A stretch of 64,000 nt of DNA from an uncultured Planctomycetota bacterium (GTDB taxonomy: Bacteria; Planctomycetota; Planctomycetia; Isosphaerales; Isosphaeraceae): positions 128,001 to 192,000 of the forward strand of contig CAWJTV010000026.1 of assembly GCA_963845755.1 (NCBI GenBank), read 5' to 3'. Position 1 is the stretch's first letter, and every line of letters begins with the position of its first letter. The position numbers and the translations under genes are program-made. Of this stretch, positions 30,920-41,160 are shown one piece after another. The notes below the pieces were generated by a model that did not search any database, was not told where the DNA came from, and saw only the letters and a list, made by a program, of their open reading frames with translations.

Positions 30920-31453
30920 GCTGAGTTCTCCTGTTTGCCCGGAACCCCTGATCTCTTGCTTTCCAACCGCTCCCAGCGAGCAGGCCGGGAGAATCGTTGT
31001 TTTGGAATCTCGATTCAACCGTGCCACACAGGTTCTTCGGGGGCGTGCGGCCAATATTATCGAGTTTGGTCCGATCCCAAACGGTCAGCATACATCGGCA
31101 CGTGCCGAGCGGAACAGAGGGCATTCCCGAAAGTGCGGAGCGGCCGCCGAGCGTCGTCCGGGCGCGAGCATCCCGTAGGCTTCCAGGATGCCTTTCCAGG
31201 CCGTCTCGGGATGCCTTGTCTCTCCATGCGAGCTTGATCTCGGCCTGGCTGCTTGCCGCCTCTCGATCCAAGCATCTCTCCATCCCATCACGGCTTCTCG
31301 ACGTCATTTTGGCGGCTCGTTCGTGATTCCGAGTGCAGAGCAAAGGGACCTTAGTGATTGTGGGGATTGAGGTTATTCTGTCGATTCTTCTGATCGGTCT
31401 GCCTCTCCTGGTCTTGCATGGCAATCGATACATTTTACCCAAACATCTCATTT

Positions 31454-31572
31454 TTGGCTTCGTTTCGTCGATTTCTCGATGGTCGGATACCGTGGTTGGC
31501 TTCGTTTCGTCGATTTCTCGTCGCCTTTGGCCGCCATCAAGCCCCGGTTGGCTTCGTTTCGTCGGTTTCGCG
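31454..31572. repeat. Three 25-bp direct repeats
   Basis: TTGGCTTCGTTTCGTCGATTTCTCG at 31454 and 31496 (identical); variant TTGGCTTCGTTTCGTCGGTTTCGCG at 31548. Confidence 0.9.
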
Positions 31573-31987
31573 TCGGCCGTTTTGAACGCTCCAACTCCTC
31601 CCACCTCAACCTCCTTTTGCATCCAACCATTTATTTTTTCGACTTTTTCGCGCACCCCGAACGCTATTGGGATTTCCCGACATCATTGATTATACACACT
31701 TTTGCGGGCTCGGCACCTGGGTCCCGAGATTTTCCTGAGATGGGCCGAGGTAATTCTGACGACGAGCGGCTCCCAGCGCCGGGAGGCCGTTGGCGGAGCG
31801 CGGACTTCTGTGAAGTGAACATGGGTCTCGTGGGACAGGATTCGGACCAATCGCCACGTCCATCCTCGCGGCCAGCGGTTCGTCGTGGAGTCTGGGATCA
31901 ACGGCGGGCGTGCGCGCATCCCGGCATCGTCCCGGTTTCCCGTCTGGGCACCGATGGCGACGGCCGACCTGTTGACGCCATTTACGG

Positions 31988-32329
31988 ATGATCCGTGGCG
32001 AGTCGCTCGAGTTGGCCATCGACCGGTTCCACACGGGCGAGGCGCTGTACAATGCCAGAGTCGACGCGGAGCAGCCGCGCGATCGTACGGCTCTCCGACT
32101 CGTGGAAGACAGGGGCATGTGGTTCGCGCCGGTGACGGTCGAGGACGTCGAATCGGTTGACGAAGCCGGTCGAGTTGAGCACGGAAGCCGGGGCGAAAGC
32201 GAAGCCCGGACTGTCCTGGCCCAGCCTGGGCTTGCTGGCACGACGGAAATCGATGGTCGTCGGGAATCACGAGCCGCGGACGAGAATTCGATGCAACGGA
32301 TTCGACGATTCAATTCGGAGGTGGTATGA
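31988..32329 (+). CDS. Hypothetical protein
   Basis: ORF overlapping the next gene by ATGA; start uncertain. Confidence 0.4.
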   Translation: MIRGESLELAIDRFHTGEALYNARVDAEQPRDRTALRLVEDRGMWFAPVTVEDVESVDEAGRVEHGSRGESEARTVLAQPGLAGTTEIDGRRESRAADENSMQRIRRFNSEVV

Positions 32330-32559
32330 GGACGTCGCGTGCGATCACCTGGGCACGGGCGAGGGTGTACTTCGGGGCGCTGCTGCTCGTCCTGTTCGTA
32401 TTAGGGGTGCTCTTGACCTACGCCTCATCCCTCGCCGATCGGCAGAGCGGTCATGGGCGGGCGAACCTCCTCATCCTGGGAGTGGAGTTGATCGCGCTCT
32501 CCGTCATCGCCGCCGTCGTGGCGGCTGTGCTAAAGAGGCGCCTCTTGCGGGACGAATAG
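32326..32559 (+). CDS. Small two-TM membrane protein
   Basis: GGAGGT RBS, two hydrophobic helices. Confidence 0.6.
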   Translation: MRTSRAITWARARVYFGALLLVLFVLGVLLTYASSLADRQSGHGRANLLILGVELIALSVIAAVVAAVLKRRLLRDE

Positions 32560-32601
32560 AGTCCACCTCCGGACGATCTCCTCGCCGCTGCGCGCATCTC
32601 A

Positions 32602-32666
32602 GGGACTCTCGATTCCCGATTCCCGACAGAGCGACGATTCCGATTCTTGTGGAATCTGGAATCTCG
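32602..32666. repeat. Degenerate heptamer palindrome
   Basis: GATTCCC repeats facing TGGAATC x2; same unit as 12077-12158. Confidence 0.6.
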
Positions 32667-32829
32667 AGCGAAGTCTCGCGAGCGGATTCCGGCCAGATTG
32701 GCATGTGCCTTGCTCATCGAAACGAGCATTGGAAAGTTGGCCGGGGGTGGCCCCGGTGGACGATCCGTCGTCACGCGTCTGTGGATCGACGGCGCCGAGA
32801 GCTCCTCGGTCCCAAGGGGAGACTCGATC

Positions 32830-33057
32830 ATGAGAGTCATTCAGGGCATCCTGTTCCTTGCCTTCCTGGCTATCGTGGGGCTCTTCGCCCTCCAGAACAC
32901 CCGGAGCGCCACGGTGGACTTCTGGACGTGGGAGATGACGGCTCCCGTCGCCATCGTGGTCGTGGTGGTCTACTTCCTGGGGATGCTCAGCGGCTGGGCC
33001 GTGGTTTCGTTCGTGAGGCGATCCCTGCGGCGAATCGGGGAACGACCGGCGACGTGA
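32830..33057 (+). CDS. LapA/DUF1049-domain small membrane protein
   Basis: FALQNT...VDFWTW...P between two TM helices; GGAG RBS. Confidence 0.8.
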   Translation: MRVIQGILFLAFLAIVGLFALQNTRSATVDFWTWEMTAPVAIVVVVVYFLGMLSGWAVVSFVRRSLRRIGERPAT

Positions 33058-33135
33058 GGGCGGACCAGGCTACGGCACGGCGAAACACCCCGGGCTCTTG
33101 CGCTCGGCACGTGGGCCGGAATCGGGGTTGGGTTC

Positions 33136-33939
33136 TCACAATCGACTGACTACGGGCGACGTGGCCCGGACTTCGACGGTCTGCTCCACCAACGTGTACC
33201 TCCCCCACAGGGTCGCGATCGCGACGTCGGCGGCGTCACGACCCGAGGCGATGGGGACCAGAGCCGGCCGTACGGCATCCGAGGTCGCATCGACGTTGTG
33301 CCAGGCCCCGCCCAGGTAGACCTGAACGTATCCGTGGAAGTCGGGTGGCTCCAGGCCCAACGCGTACCCCGAAACATATCGGGCCGGAATGCCCAGGGCT
33401 CGACAGAATGCGATCACCAGGTGGGCGAAGTCGCGACAGACTCCCACCCGTTCGGTCGCCGTGTCGTAGGCGGAGGTCATCGTGTCGGTGGTGCCGTAGC
33501 GGTACTCTACGTGCTGGCGGACCCATGCCGCGATCGCGAGGACCCGATCACCGCCCGTCGGTAGCCGGCCGAATTCGTCGTTGGCCATGCGGGCCAGCAG
33601 GTCCGATTGGCAGTATCGGGATGGCAAGGTGTAGACCATCACCTCGGGTGGCAGGTCCTGCGGGCGATGCTCGATCGCTTCGACGGGTACGGCCGAGTTG
33701 GGCTCGACCTCGACTTGAGCGTCGAACTCGAAGGAGAATCGGCCCTCGGGGATGGTCAGATGCCTGACGGGATTGCCGTAGAGATCCCGCCGAAGTTCGC
33801 AAGCGGTGGTGGGCCTGGTCACCAGTTTCGCTTCGACGACACGGTGTGCGGAACCCTGCATCGTCGGTTCGACCATCAGGCACAAGGAAGACTCGGCAGT
33901 GAGCTCGTAGGTGGCGGTGGCCCGGACGAACAGGATCAT
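33136..33939 (-). CDS. Transglutaminase-like family protein
   Basis: YTLPSRYCQSD, GVCRDFAH, IPARYVSGY, DFHGY, GRDAADV. Confidence 0.92.
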   Translation of the reverse strand: MILFVRATATYELTAESSLCLMVEPTMQGSAHRVVEAKLVTRPTTACELRRDLYGNPVRHLTIPEGRFSFEFDAQVEVEPNSAVPVEAIEHRPQDLPPEVMVYTLPSRYCQSDLLARMANDEFGRLPTGGDRVLAIAAWVRQHVEYRYGTTDTMTSAYDTATERVGVCRDFAHLVIAFCRALGIPARYVSGYALGLEPPDFHGYVQVYLGGAWHNVDATSDAVRPALVPIASGRDAADVAIATLWGRYTLVEQTVEVRATSPVVSRL

Positions 33940-33989
33940 CGGTGCGTCTCCGGTCGGACATCGCGCCTGCCAACGGCCCAGTCGGTCGC

Positions 33990-34329
33990 CGTCATGATTG
34001 AGTTGACGGAGCGGGCGGCGGCACGGCGGGCTGATGCTGATTGTCACCTTGAGGTCGAGTCGCTTGAGGAAGCCCAGCAGCTTGTCGGTGGTGAAGCGGT
34101 TGAAATGCCCGTTCATCAGGTGGGAGACCTCCGGCTGCTTGATGCCGATCAGGGTGGCGATCTCCCGCTGCGTGAGCTTACGGTCAGCGAGCAGCCGGTA
34201 GACATGGAAGCCCAGCTTCGACCGGGCGAGCCGCTCGTCGGCGTCGGGAAGGCCGAGGTCGGCGAACACGTTGCCCGAGCCTTCCGCGTGCTCGATGCCG
34301 GTGTCGCCGTTATTCTTCGCCTTGCTCAT
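33990..34329 (-). CDS. XRE-family HTH antitoxin (HigA-like), C-terminus damaged
   Basis: GSGNVFADLGLPDA and LTQREIATLIGIKQPEVSHL; native stop missing, so it reads into the transglutaminase gene. Confidence 0.8.
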
Positions 34330-34701
34330 ATTCCGCCCACTCCTTTGCCTCTTTGTATCGCTGTTTGACCAAATCTACCTCGTGTTTCGGCGTGGCGATG
34401 CCCTTCTTTGACTTCTTCTGGAAGGCATGCAGCACGTAAATCCTCCGAGCTGCACAGCCAGCAGCGTGCGGTCGGCTTCGGTGTTGTGCCGCAGGGCGAT
34501 CTCGAAGGCGCCGCTGCCGACACCCTGGGACGGCTTGGCGTTTTTCGGCATGCCGCCGAACGGGATCCGTTGCAACTCGTCGCCGATGGTCTTTTGGGCC
34601 TCGGCGGGAAACGCCCGGATGTTGCGCCGCGAGTTGCCCAGCCATTTGAGTGGCCGCAGCACCGGCGTTTCCAGGTCGTTCGCCTCGTCGTCATCCGCCA
34701 G
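34310..34701 (-). pseudogene. RelE/HigB-like (Gp49-type) toxin, frameshifted
   Basis: LKWLGNSRRNIRAFP in one frame, IYVLHAFQKKSKKGIATPK in another; apparent start codon reads CTG. Confidence 0.85.
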
Positions 34702-34717
34702 GTTACCGCACTCGAGG

Positions 34718-34737
34718 CTATAGGAAATTTCCTATAG
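34718..34737. promoter_or_regulatory. Perfect 20-bp palindrome, probable TA operator
   Basis: CTATAGGAAATTTCCTATAG just upstream of the toxin gene. Confidence 0.75.
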
Positions 34738-34954
34738 AGACAAATCCGGCAGAGGAGGCGGCTGGTCGAGCGTGAGAATCAGGGAACGCCACCGGGGCTC
34801 GCGACGGGTTTCTTGACGCTCCGGCTGGGTGTTCGGTGACTGAGTGCACGCAGTTGTTCTAGGCGTAGATGATCCCGTTATCTCGGTGATCACAGATGGC
34901 GGGTTGACGGAAACGCTCTCAAGGCGTCAAGATGCAGCCTGGAGGTAGGTTGCT

Positions 34955-35314
34955 GTGTCGCGTTCGACGATGCTCCTGTTCTGCTTGGTTGCCGCCTTGT
35001 CGGGGACGCCGCTGCGGCAAGCGGAGGCGGCCAGCGACTTCGCCCGCTCGCGGGCTGAGCTGGGGCAGGATCACGTTGAGACGATCGATGGCGGCGTCGG
35101 CGATGACGCAGAAGTCGCCGTCTTGAAGGATGGCGGCGATACCTCGGCGTTTCAAGCGAGCATACCGCTGGCGACGGCCGAGGGCCTGCTGGCGCCGCTC
35201 CTGCCTCTCATGTTCTCGCCGGGACTCGGGCGGCGATGCCCGTCGGGGCCGGCGGTGACGCTTTCACCAGGCTCCGCCCTACGCCATGCCTGGCTGCAAT
35301 GCTTCCTGTTTTGA
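34955..35314 (+). CDS. Hypothetical protein with signal peptide
   Basis: GGAGG RBS, hydrophobic N-terminus, ends RHAWLQCFLF. Confidence 0.55.
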   Translation: MSRSTMLLFCLVAALSGTPLRQAEAASDFARSRAELGQDHVETIDGGVGDDAEVAVLKDGGDTSAFQASIPLATAEGLLAPLLPLMFSPGLGRRCPSGPAVTLSPGSALRHAWLQCFLF

Positions 35315-35380
35315 TCGAGCCGGAAAGACGCCTTGCCGTTCTTCGTCCGTGGCTCGAACCTTCAACACAGGATCATTCCC

Positions 35381-36319
35381 ATGCTTGGCATACGCGTATT
35401 TCATCCGCGTCGTGCGTTCACGCTGATCGAGCTGCTGGTGGTGATCGCCATCATCGCCGTGCTGATCGCCCTGCTGCTGCCGGCGGTGCAGGCGGCGAGG
35501 GAAGCGGCCAGGCGATCCCAATGCCTGAACAACCTGAAGCAGATCGGGCTGGCGATGCATAATTATCACGGCACGCATGACACATTCCCGCCTGGCTACA
35601 TCTCGAATTTCAATGCGTCCGGCAACGACACCGGCCCGGGCTGGGGCTGGGGGTCGATGCTCCTCGGCCAACTGGAGCAAGGGCCGCTCTACAACGCGGT
35701 GAATTTCAGCTTGCTGACCACCGATCCCGCATCGCAGACCGTCCGCCGGTCGAGCCTGTCGGTGTTCCTCTGCCCGAGCAACGCCGGCGGCAGCGGGCCG
35801 CTGACGATCAAGGACGGCTCGGGCAACGTGCTGGTCAGCGACCTCACACCCGGCCAGTATGTTGCCGTCGCCGGCCAATGGGAGCCGGAGGAATTCCCCG
35901 CCCCGAACAACGGCGTGTTCTATCGGAATAGCAAGATCGGCCTGCGGGATATCACCGACGGCTCCAGCACGACGCTGCTGGCCGGCGAGCGTTCGCAGAA
36001 CGTCGCCAACGCGACGTGGCCGGGCATGATCCCCTTGGGCCAATCCTGCAACAATCCAACGTGGCCGATGCAGGATTGCGAGGCGTCGAACGTGCTGATC
36101 CTGGGACATACCGGGCCGTCGCCCGATGAAACCTGGATCGATACACCCAATTACAAGAAGGCGGGGGCGGACGACTTCCACAGCCTGCATCCCGGCGGCT
36201 GCAACTTCCTGTTCGGCGATGGCTCGATCCGGTTCGTCAAGGAGACGATCAACCCGCAGGTGTTCAGCTATCTGGCGACGCGGGCGGGCGGCGAGGTGGT
36301 GGGCTCCGACCAGTTCTGA
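35381..36319 (+). CDS. DUF1559 domain protein (prepilin-type N-terminus, H-X9-DG motif)
   Basis: [14 protein letters not shown]...[32 protein letters not shown]. Confidence 0.97.
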   Translation: MLGIRVFHPRRAFTLIELLVVIAIIAVLIALLLPAVQAAREAARRSQCLNNLKQIGLAMHNYHGTHDTFPPGYISNFNASGNDTGPGWGWGSMLLGQLEQGPLYNAVNFSLLTTDPASQTVRRSSLSVFLCPSNAGGSGPLTIKDGSGNVLVSDLTPGQYVAVAGQWEPEEFPAPNNGVFYRNSKIGLRDITDGSSTTLLAGERSQNVANATWPGMIPLGQSCNNPTWPMQDCEASNVLILGHTGPSPDETWIDTPNYKKAGADDFHSLHPGGCNFLFGDGSIRFVKETINPQVFSYLATRAGGEVVGSDQF

Positions 36320-36392
36320 CGGCGGCGAATCCTCCCCAGGCCGGCCTGGGGATCGTGCTTACCATCGAAGGAGAATTGGTAATAGTGATAAT

Positions 36393-37115
36393 ATGTCGAT
36401 TAAATGGGCCTTCCTGCTCGCCTGCGGCTGGCTGGCGGCGACCGTCTCGGGTGCGGCCGGCTTCGGCGGTGCGTTGCTGTTGCTGCCGGTGCTGACGCTG
36501 GCGGTGGGTGCCAAGGCGGCGGTGCCGATCCTCACCGTCGCCCAACTGCTCGGCAATCTGTCGCGGGCGGGCTTCGGTTGGCAGGAGATCCGCTGGCGGC
36601 CGGCCCTGCTATTCAGTGCCGGGGCGGTGCCGGCCAGCGTGCTCGGCTCGCGGCTGTTCGTCGCCCTGCCGCCGGGCTTGATCCTGCGATTGATCGGCGT
36701 CTTCCTATTGCTCGTCGTGGGTCTGCGGCACACGCGACTCGGCCGGTGGAAGACGCCGGAATGGCTGTTAAGCCCGGCCGGCGTGGCGGTCGGCTTCCTG
36801 TCGGCGGTTGCCGGCAGTGCCGGTCCGCTGGGGGCGGCGGTGTTCCTCGGGCTGCGTCTGCCGGCGGGGGCGTATGTGGCAAGCGAGGCGGTGACGGCGG
36901 TGCTGATGCATTTGACCAAGAGCCTCGTTTACGGCCGCTACGCCGCGTTGAGCGGCGGCGATCTGCTGCGTGGGTTGGCCTTGGGCAGCTCGCTGGTGCT
37001 CGGTTCGTGGACGGGCCGGAGGTTGATACGCCGGCTGCCGGAAAAAGGATTTGCTTTGTTGGTGGAAGTGCTGCTGGCCTTGTCAGCGATCTCGCTCATC
37101 GGTGCAGGACGCTAG
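36393..37115 (+). CDS. Sulfite exporter TauE/SafE family protein
   Basis: SGAAGFGGALLLLP, GFLSAVAGSAGP; about eight TM helices. Confidence 0.88.
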   Translation: MSIKWAFLLACGWLAATVSGAAGFGGALLLLPVLTLAVGAKAAVPILTVAQLLGNLSRAGFGWQEIRWRPALLFSAGAVPASVLGSRLFVALPPGLILRLIGVFLLLVVGLRHTRLGRWKTPEWLLSPAGVAVGFLSAVAGSAGPLGAAVFLGLRLPAGAYVASEAVTAVLMHLTKSLVYGRYAALSGGDLLRGLALGSSLVLGSWTGRRLIRRLPEKGFALLVEVLLALSAISLIGAGR

Positions 37116-37384
37116 ACGGGATGAGCCATCCGACGTCCCGATGCCAGGCCACGAGAGAAACTGCATCGCAGGCGTGCAATCAATGGTGGTGGTAATGGCC
37201 GGATAAAAGATCGACACGCCGGAAGTCGATGAAGACTAAGAAGTGTCGAAAGATTGCATGACAGCGGTCCCCCGCTCTTGCCTAGAGCAGGCATTTTCAA
37301 GCTCAGGCTGATCCCACCAGCGTGCCGAAGGTGAGTTCCCGCCTGTGCGATCATTCCCACTCCCCGCACGAGAGGAACGTCGCG

Positions 37385-37777
37385 ATGCGTATGCGAGCTT
37401 ACCGCCCCGAGGTCCCCGGCTGCCTGGAAGATCGATCGCTGTTATCGAGCGTTGCGGGGCTGTCGGCCGATGCTATTGTTCTCACGCGTCGCGAGTTCAA
37501 TATGATACCCGAACAAATCCAGGAGGCCTTTCATTTCTTTCGCCAGGGCTACGGTGTTCTCCATCTTCACGACGAGATTCTTGAGGCCGTCGTGAACATC
37601 CCCTTCGGACGGGTCGATGGTCTAGCAGTCTCGATCAATGGCATCTTGAACAGGATGCAGCACGACCTCTCCGCCAAAGTCCCCCACGCCATCAGCTCGG
37701 CGCGCAACGACGTGATTGCCGTGACCCGTGCGGACGTGGAGGCCCGGGTTCAGGCCGGAGATATCGTCGTGCGGTGA
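37385..37777 (+). CDS. Planctomycete LEPRxLL-motif protein
   Basis: GAGG RBS; YRPEVPGCLEDRSLLS. Confidence 0.7.
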   Translation: MRMRAYRPEVPGCLEDRSLLSSVAGLSADAIVLTRREFNMIPEQIQEAFHFFRQGYGVLHLHDEILEAVVNIPFGRVDGLAVSINGILNRMQHDLSAKVPHAISSARNDVIAVTRADVEARVQAGDIVVR

Positions 37778-37809
37778 TCGCTGCTGAATGGTTGAATTCA
37801 TCTTATTTG

Positions 37810-39268
37810 TCAATATTTCAGCACGTAGTCTGGGCTTTTGCTGAGCCGGTCCCTTGACCGGATAATAGGTGAGCGTCGTCCTCGGGTCGGCGTGGCCCGC
37901 GAAGTCCTGCAAGTCGATGATGTCCGATCCCCGCTCCCTGGCCGTGGTCAGGGCGGTGACGCGGAGCGAATGCACAGTGACGGCGGGATCGAGGCCGAGG
38001 GCGGCGACGTAGCGGCCGATCAGCTTCTCGACCGCTCGGGTAGTCATCGCCTAGCCTGGATTCCCATGGAGGCAAAAACGGGGTAGGCTACGACGCAATC
38101 CATAAACGAAGCAAAATTCGTCGAAGTGGGTTTTCCCCTGGATTTCAAGTGGTTCTGGCTTGAAACGGCTCATCGAACCGCCTCTCTCGATGTTAGGTGA
38201 TCCGTAAACTGAAAAAAGAGCATCCACGGTGTCAACTCAATGCATCCACTGTGGTGAATTCGATAGATTTGTCGCAAGAACCCCTTGTTTTCCAGGAGGA
38301 AGTGAGATTCGATCGACGAACATATCATCCATGGTGATCAAGTTAACTTAGTGGGAGACCCACCTTTAACTCTTGGAGGAGCATAACCAGTTCCGAGGCG
38401 AAAAGCTGAGTATCGCGGGCTTTTTTCCAATCATGCGGCAACAAATGTTAGCTCAATCTGCCTCCATGGGAATCGCAGGCCCTAGGGCCGGAAGCCGTCG
38501 CGGCCCATGCCTCGGGCCGACCCGGCGGCGGGGAACAGCGGCCCGGCCGGATCGTCCTTGATGCCGGGAACCGCCAGCCATTCGGCCAGCCGCTCGGCGG
38601 CCTCCAGGTGCAGGGGCGTGGTGCATTCCTTGCCACCCTTGCCGGTGACGTTGAGGATGCGGTGCTCGCCGCTTTGCTTGTAATCGCGGACGCGGAGGCG
38701 GACCAGCTCGCCGACGCGGCAGCCGGAGTAGGCCAGCACGGCGAGCATGGCCCGGTCGCGGCAATCGACCGGCGTTTGCCGCTCGAGTTTCCCCTCGGGA
38801 CCGTCGAGCAGACGTCGTCAGTCGTGTGCCGACAGGCCGACGGTCTTGCCGTCGCGGGGCCCGGCCGGTGCCTTGACGAACTTGCCGTGAACGGGGTTGG
38901 CCCTACTGTAGCCGTACGTTTGCAGGTAGGAGAACACCGACCGCAGGGCGGTCAGCTTCCGCCGTATCGAGCTATTGGTCATGCCTGCGGCGCCAGTCGC
39001 TCACGCCACTGGCTGACGTGCTCGGGGCGGATGGCAGCGAGGTGCTCGAGGGCATCCGGCGCGATGCCGCTGGCGGCGAGGAACTGGTCGAGGTCGAGAC
39101 GGTAGGCCCGGCGGGTATGGGGGAAGGGGTGCGGAGCAGCCAGGCATTGACGGCCCGACCGATGGCCTGGCGGAGATCGCCGGGCACCTGGCCGGTGAAG
39201 GCCGGGATCGGCTCGGCGGTCGCCGCCGGGGTGATGATTTGCAATTCGGTGCCCGTCTCGTCGTCCAT
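37810..39268 (-). pseudogene. Tyrosine recombinase/integrase, frameshifted and split by a MITE
   Basis: RDRAMLAVLAYSGCRVGEL, GKGGKE, HSLR, GHADPRTTLTY spread over several frames; in-frame TAG and a 426-bp insertion. Confidence 0.9.
38055..38480. mobile_element. Non-autonomous MITE inside the integrase
   Basis: Ends CCTGGATTCCCATGGAGGCA / TGCCTCCATGGGAATCGCAGGC; CCTAG on both sides; empty site visible in the paralog near 54590. Confidence 0.85.
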
Positions 39269-39309
39269 GATACCTCCCGTGTTATGCCCGCCTCGAGCGT
39301 CGGGGTTTT

Positions 39310-39337
39310 GGTTCGGATACCCCGCTTTATCCGAACT
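39310..39337. other. dif/Xer-like palindromic recombination site
   Basis: GGTTCGGATAC-CCCGCT-TTATCCGAACT (11-6-11), about 40 bp upstream of the integrase ATG. Confidence 0.6.
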
Positions 39338-39498
39338 ATAATCGACCAGAGAAAAGACGCAAGGAGAAGATGCCGGGGGGAGGGGGTAGTCCCGGCAACT
39401 CGGCTGGTCTGGTAGGGGACAACGGGATAGGATCGATGAGTGGAGGCCAGGCGGTGGCTCAAGGTTCCATCGTGGTTGAATTCGCGAGTGCCCTTCAA

Positions 39499-40266
39499 AT
39501 GCCAGATTACAACAATCCTGCCGGGCGGCTTTTCAAGGTTCTCACGGAGCTTGGTCAAGGACAGATCAAAAGCGACCAGATTGCCGCCAAACTCGGAACA
39601 TTGAGTGATTGGGAGTCGCTTCTCAAGGCGATGGTCGAGATGAGGAAAGAGTACGTGTTACTAGAAGCCGCCGTGTCCGACTTCAAGGACAACCCTTACA
39701 AGCTCGATCATTACAAGGAAGACCTCGCCCACATTAAATCGGCGATTGATGGAATCATTATTGATATAAAAAATAATCAGGTACATGTTACTCCTAACCC
39801 GCAAGCCCTTACCGCCCTGAGATACATGGCCGTTGATCTTCCGCAGGAGGAGGCGGTTACTCCGGACGAGATCGCGACGATCCGCAAGCTATGCAACGAA
39901 CTGCAAGCCGAGATCGAGAATTCACAGACGCTCAACAAGACGCTCAAGGAATGGCTCCTGGACCTCGTGCGGATGATGCGTGACGGTATTGATCGCTTCA
40001 AGATTCGGGGGAGCCGGGGCTTCAGGAAGGAGCTCTATCAGATGCTGGGGTCGATCATGGTGCATTACGGGGATATCAAGGAGGTGAAGGAGAAAGAGCC
40101 GGGAATCTGGATGAAGATGATGCAGAGCCTCGATTGGGCCTGCCGGGCGGCCGAGCGATTCGAGAAGGTGGGGAAGGCACTTCGGTGGGGCTACAAGGCC
40201 ATTGAATTCTTCTCAAGCGGCGGTGCGACCCCTCTCCAGTTGGAGGGGCCAGACGAGGCGGAATGA
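39499..40266 (+). CDS. Hypothetical helical protein, lower GC
   Basis: Long clean ORF starting MPDYNNPAGRL; TATAAT at 39337. Confidence 0.8.
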   Translation: MPDYNNPAGRLFKVLTELGQGQIKSDQIAAKLGTLSDWESLLKAMVEMRKEYVLLEAAVSDFKDNPYKLDHYKEDLAHIKSAIDGIIIDIKNNQVHVTPNPQALTALRYMAVDLPQEEAVTPDEIATIRKLCNELQAEIENSQTLNKTLKEWLLDLVRMMRDGIDRFKIRGSRGFRKELYQMLGSIMVHYGDIKEVKEKEPGIWMKMMQSLDWACRAAERFEKVGKALRWGYKAIEFFSSGGATPLQLEGPDEAE

Positions 40267-41160
40267 TTGCTACTGGTAATAGTCATCGCGTGGCCGGGCA
40301 CGCGGAGCCGCGAACGACGACCCTATGGAGGCGGGCGGCTTCAAACCGTAGCACCCTGTTTCATTGCCTCTGAACCTCGAATATACAGGTACCGAATGAT
40401 GGGGAATTACACATGATCCTTGCTACATTTCTTGAAACATGCCCGCTGTACAAATGGGTTGCCTTGGAACCGTCGAACGATGGTTCCAGATTCAAGCTTT
40501 CAGGGAAATTTCCGTCGATCAACATGCCCTGCTCGATCTGCAAGTCGAATCAAACATTTTGCACTGACAATAAAAACCCTAACAAAAATAGCATTATCAA
40601 TCTTTCAAGCTATCAATTTCTGGATTATAATTTGTATCTTGAAGTGTACGAATGTGCAAATTACCATACGTTTGCACATTGCTTCATGATAAAGGAAGCA
40701 AGGGACGGTAACTCTATTATGAAGGTTGGGCAACACCCAAACTGGTCAATTGAGGTAGAGTCTTACCTGGAAAAGGCATTAGGTAGGCACGTTAGAGAAT
40801 ATAAAAATGGATTGATTAACGAGGGCCACGGATTTGGGATCGGTGCTTTTGCCTATTATCGGCGAATTGTTGAGGTAATGATAGATGAATTATTAGCTGA
40901 TATTCTAGAACTTATACCATCTGATGATAAGCAGCATCAAGAATATCGGGAAGCCTTGGAGCGGGCAAAGGACGACCATCGGGCAGACGTGAAGATTGCC
41001 CAGGTAAAAGACCTGATTCCTGCCGTATTGCGGCCAGGGGGAGCTAATCCGCTCAAGGAACTTCACTCGGCGTTGAGTGCTGGTCTTCACGGTCACACAG
41101 ATGAGGAATGCCTTGACTTAGCAGATCATATAAGAGTGTCACTAAAATTCCTGATCGAAC

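Noticed and set aside
31454..31572. CRISPR array
   Set aside because: Only three repeats, unequal short spacers (17 and 27 nt), no dyad symmetry and no cas genes in the window.
33136..34329. Genuine HTH-transglutaminase fusion
   Set aside because: The transglutaminase has its own GGAG RBS and ATG at 33939, and the junction looks like a damaged antitoxin end.
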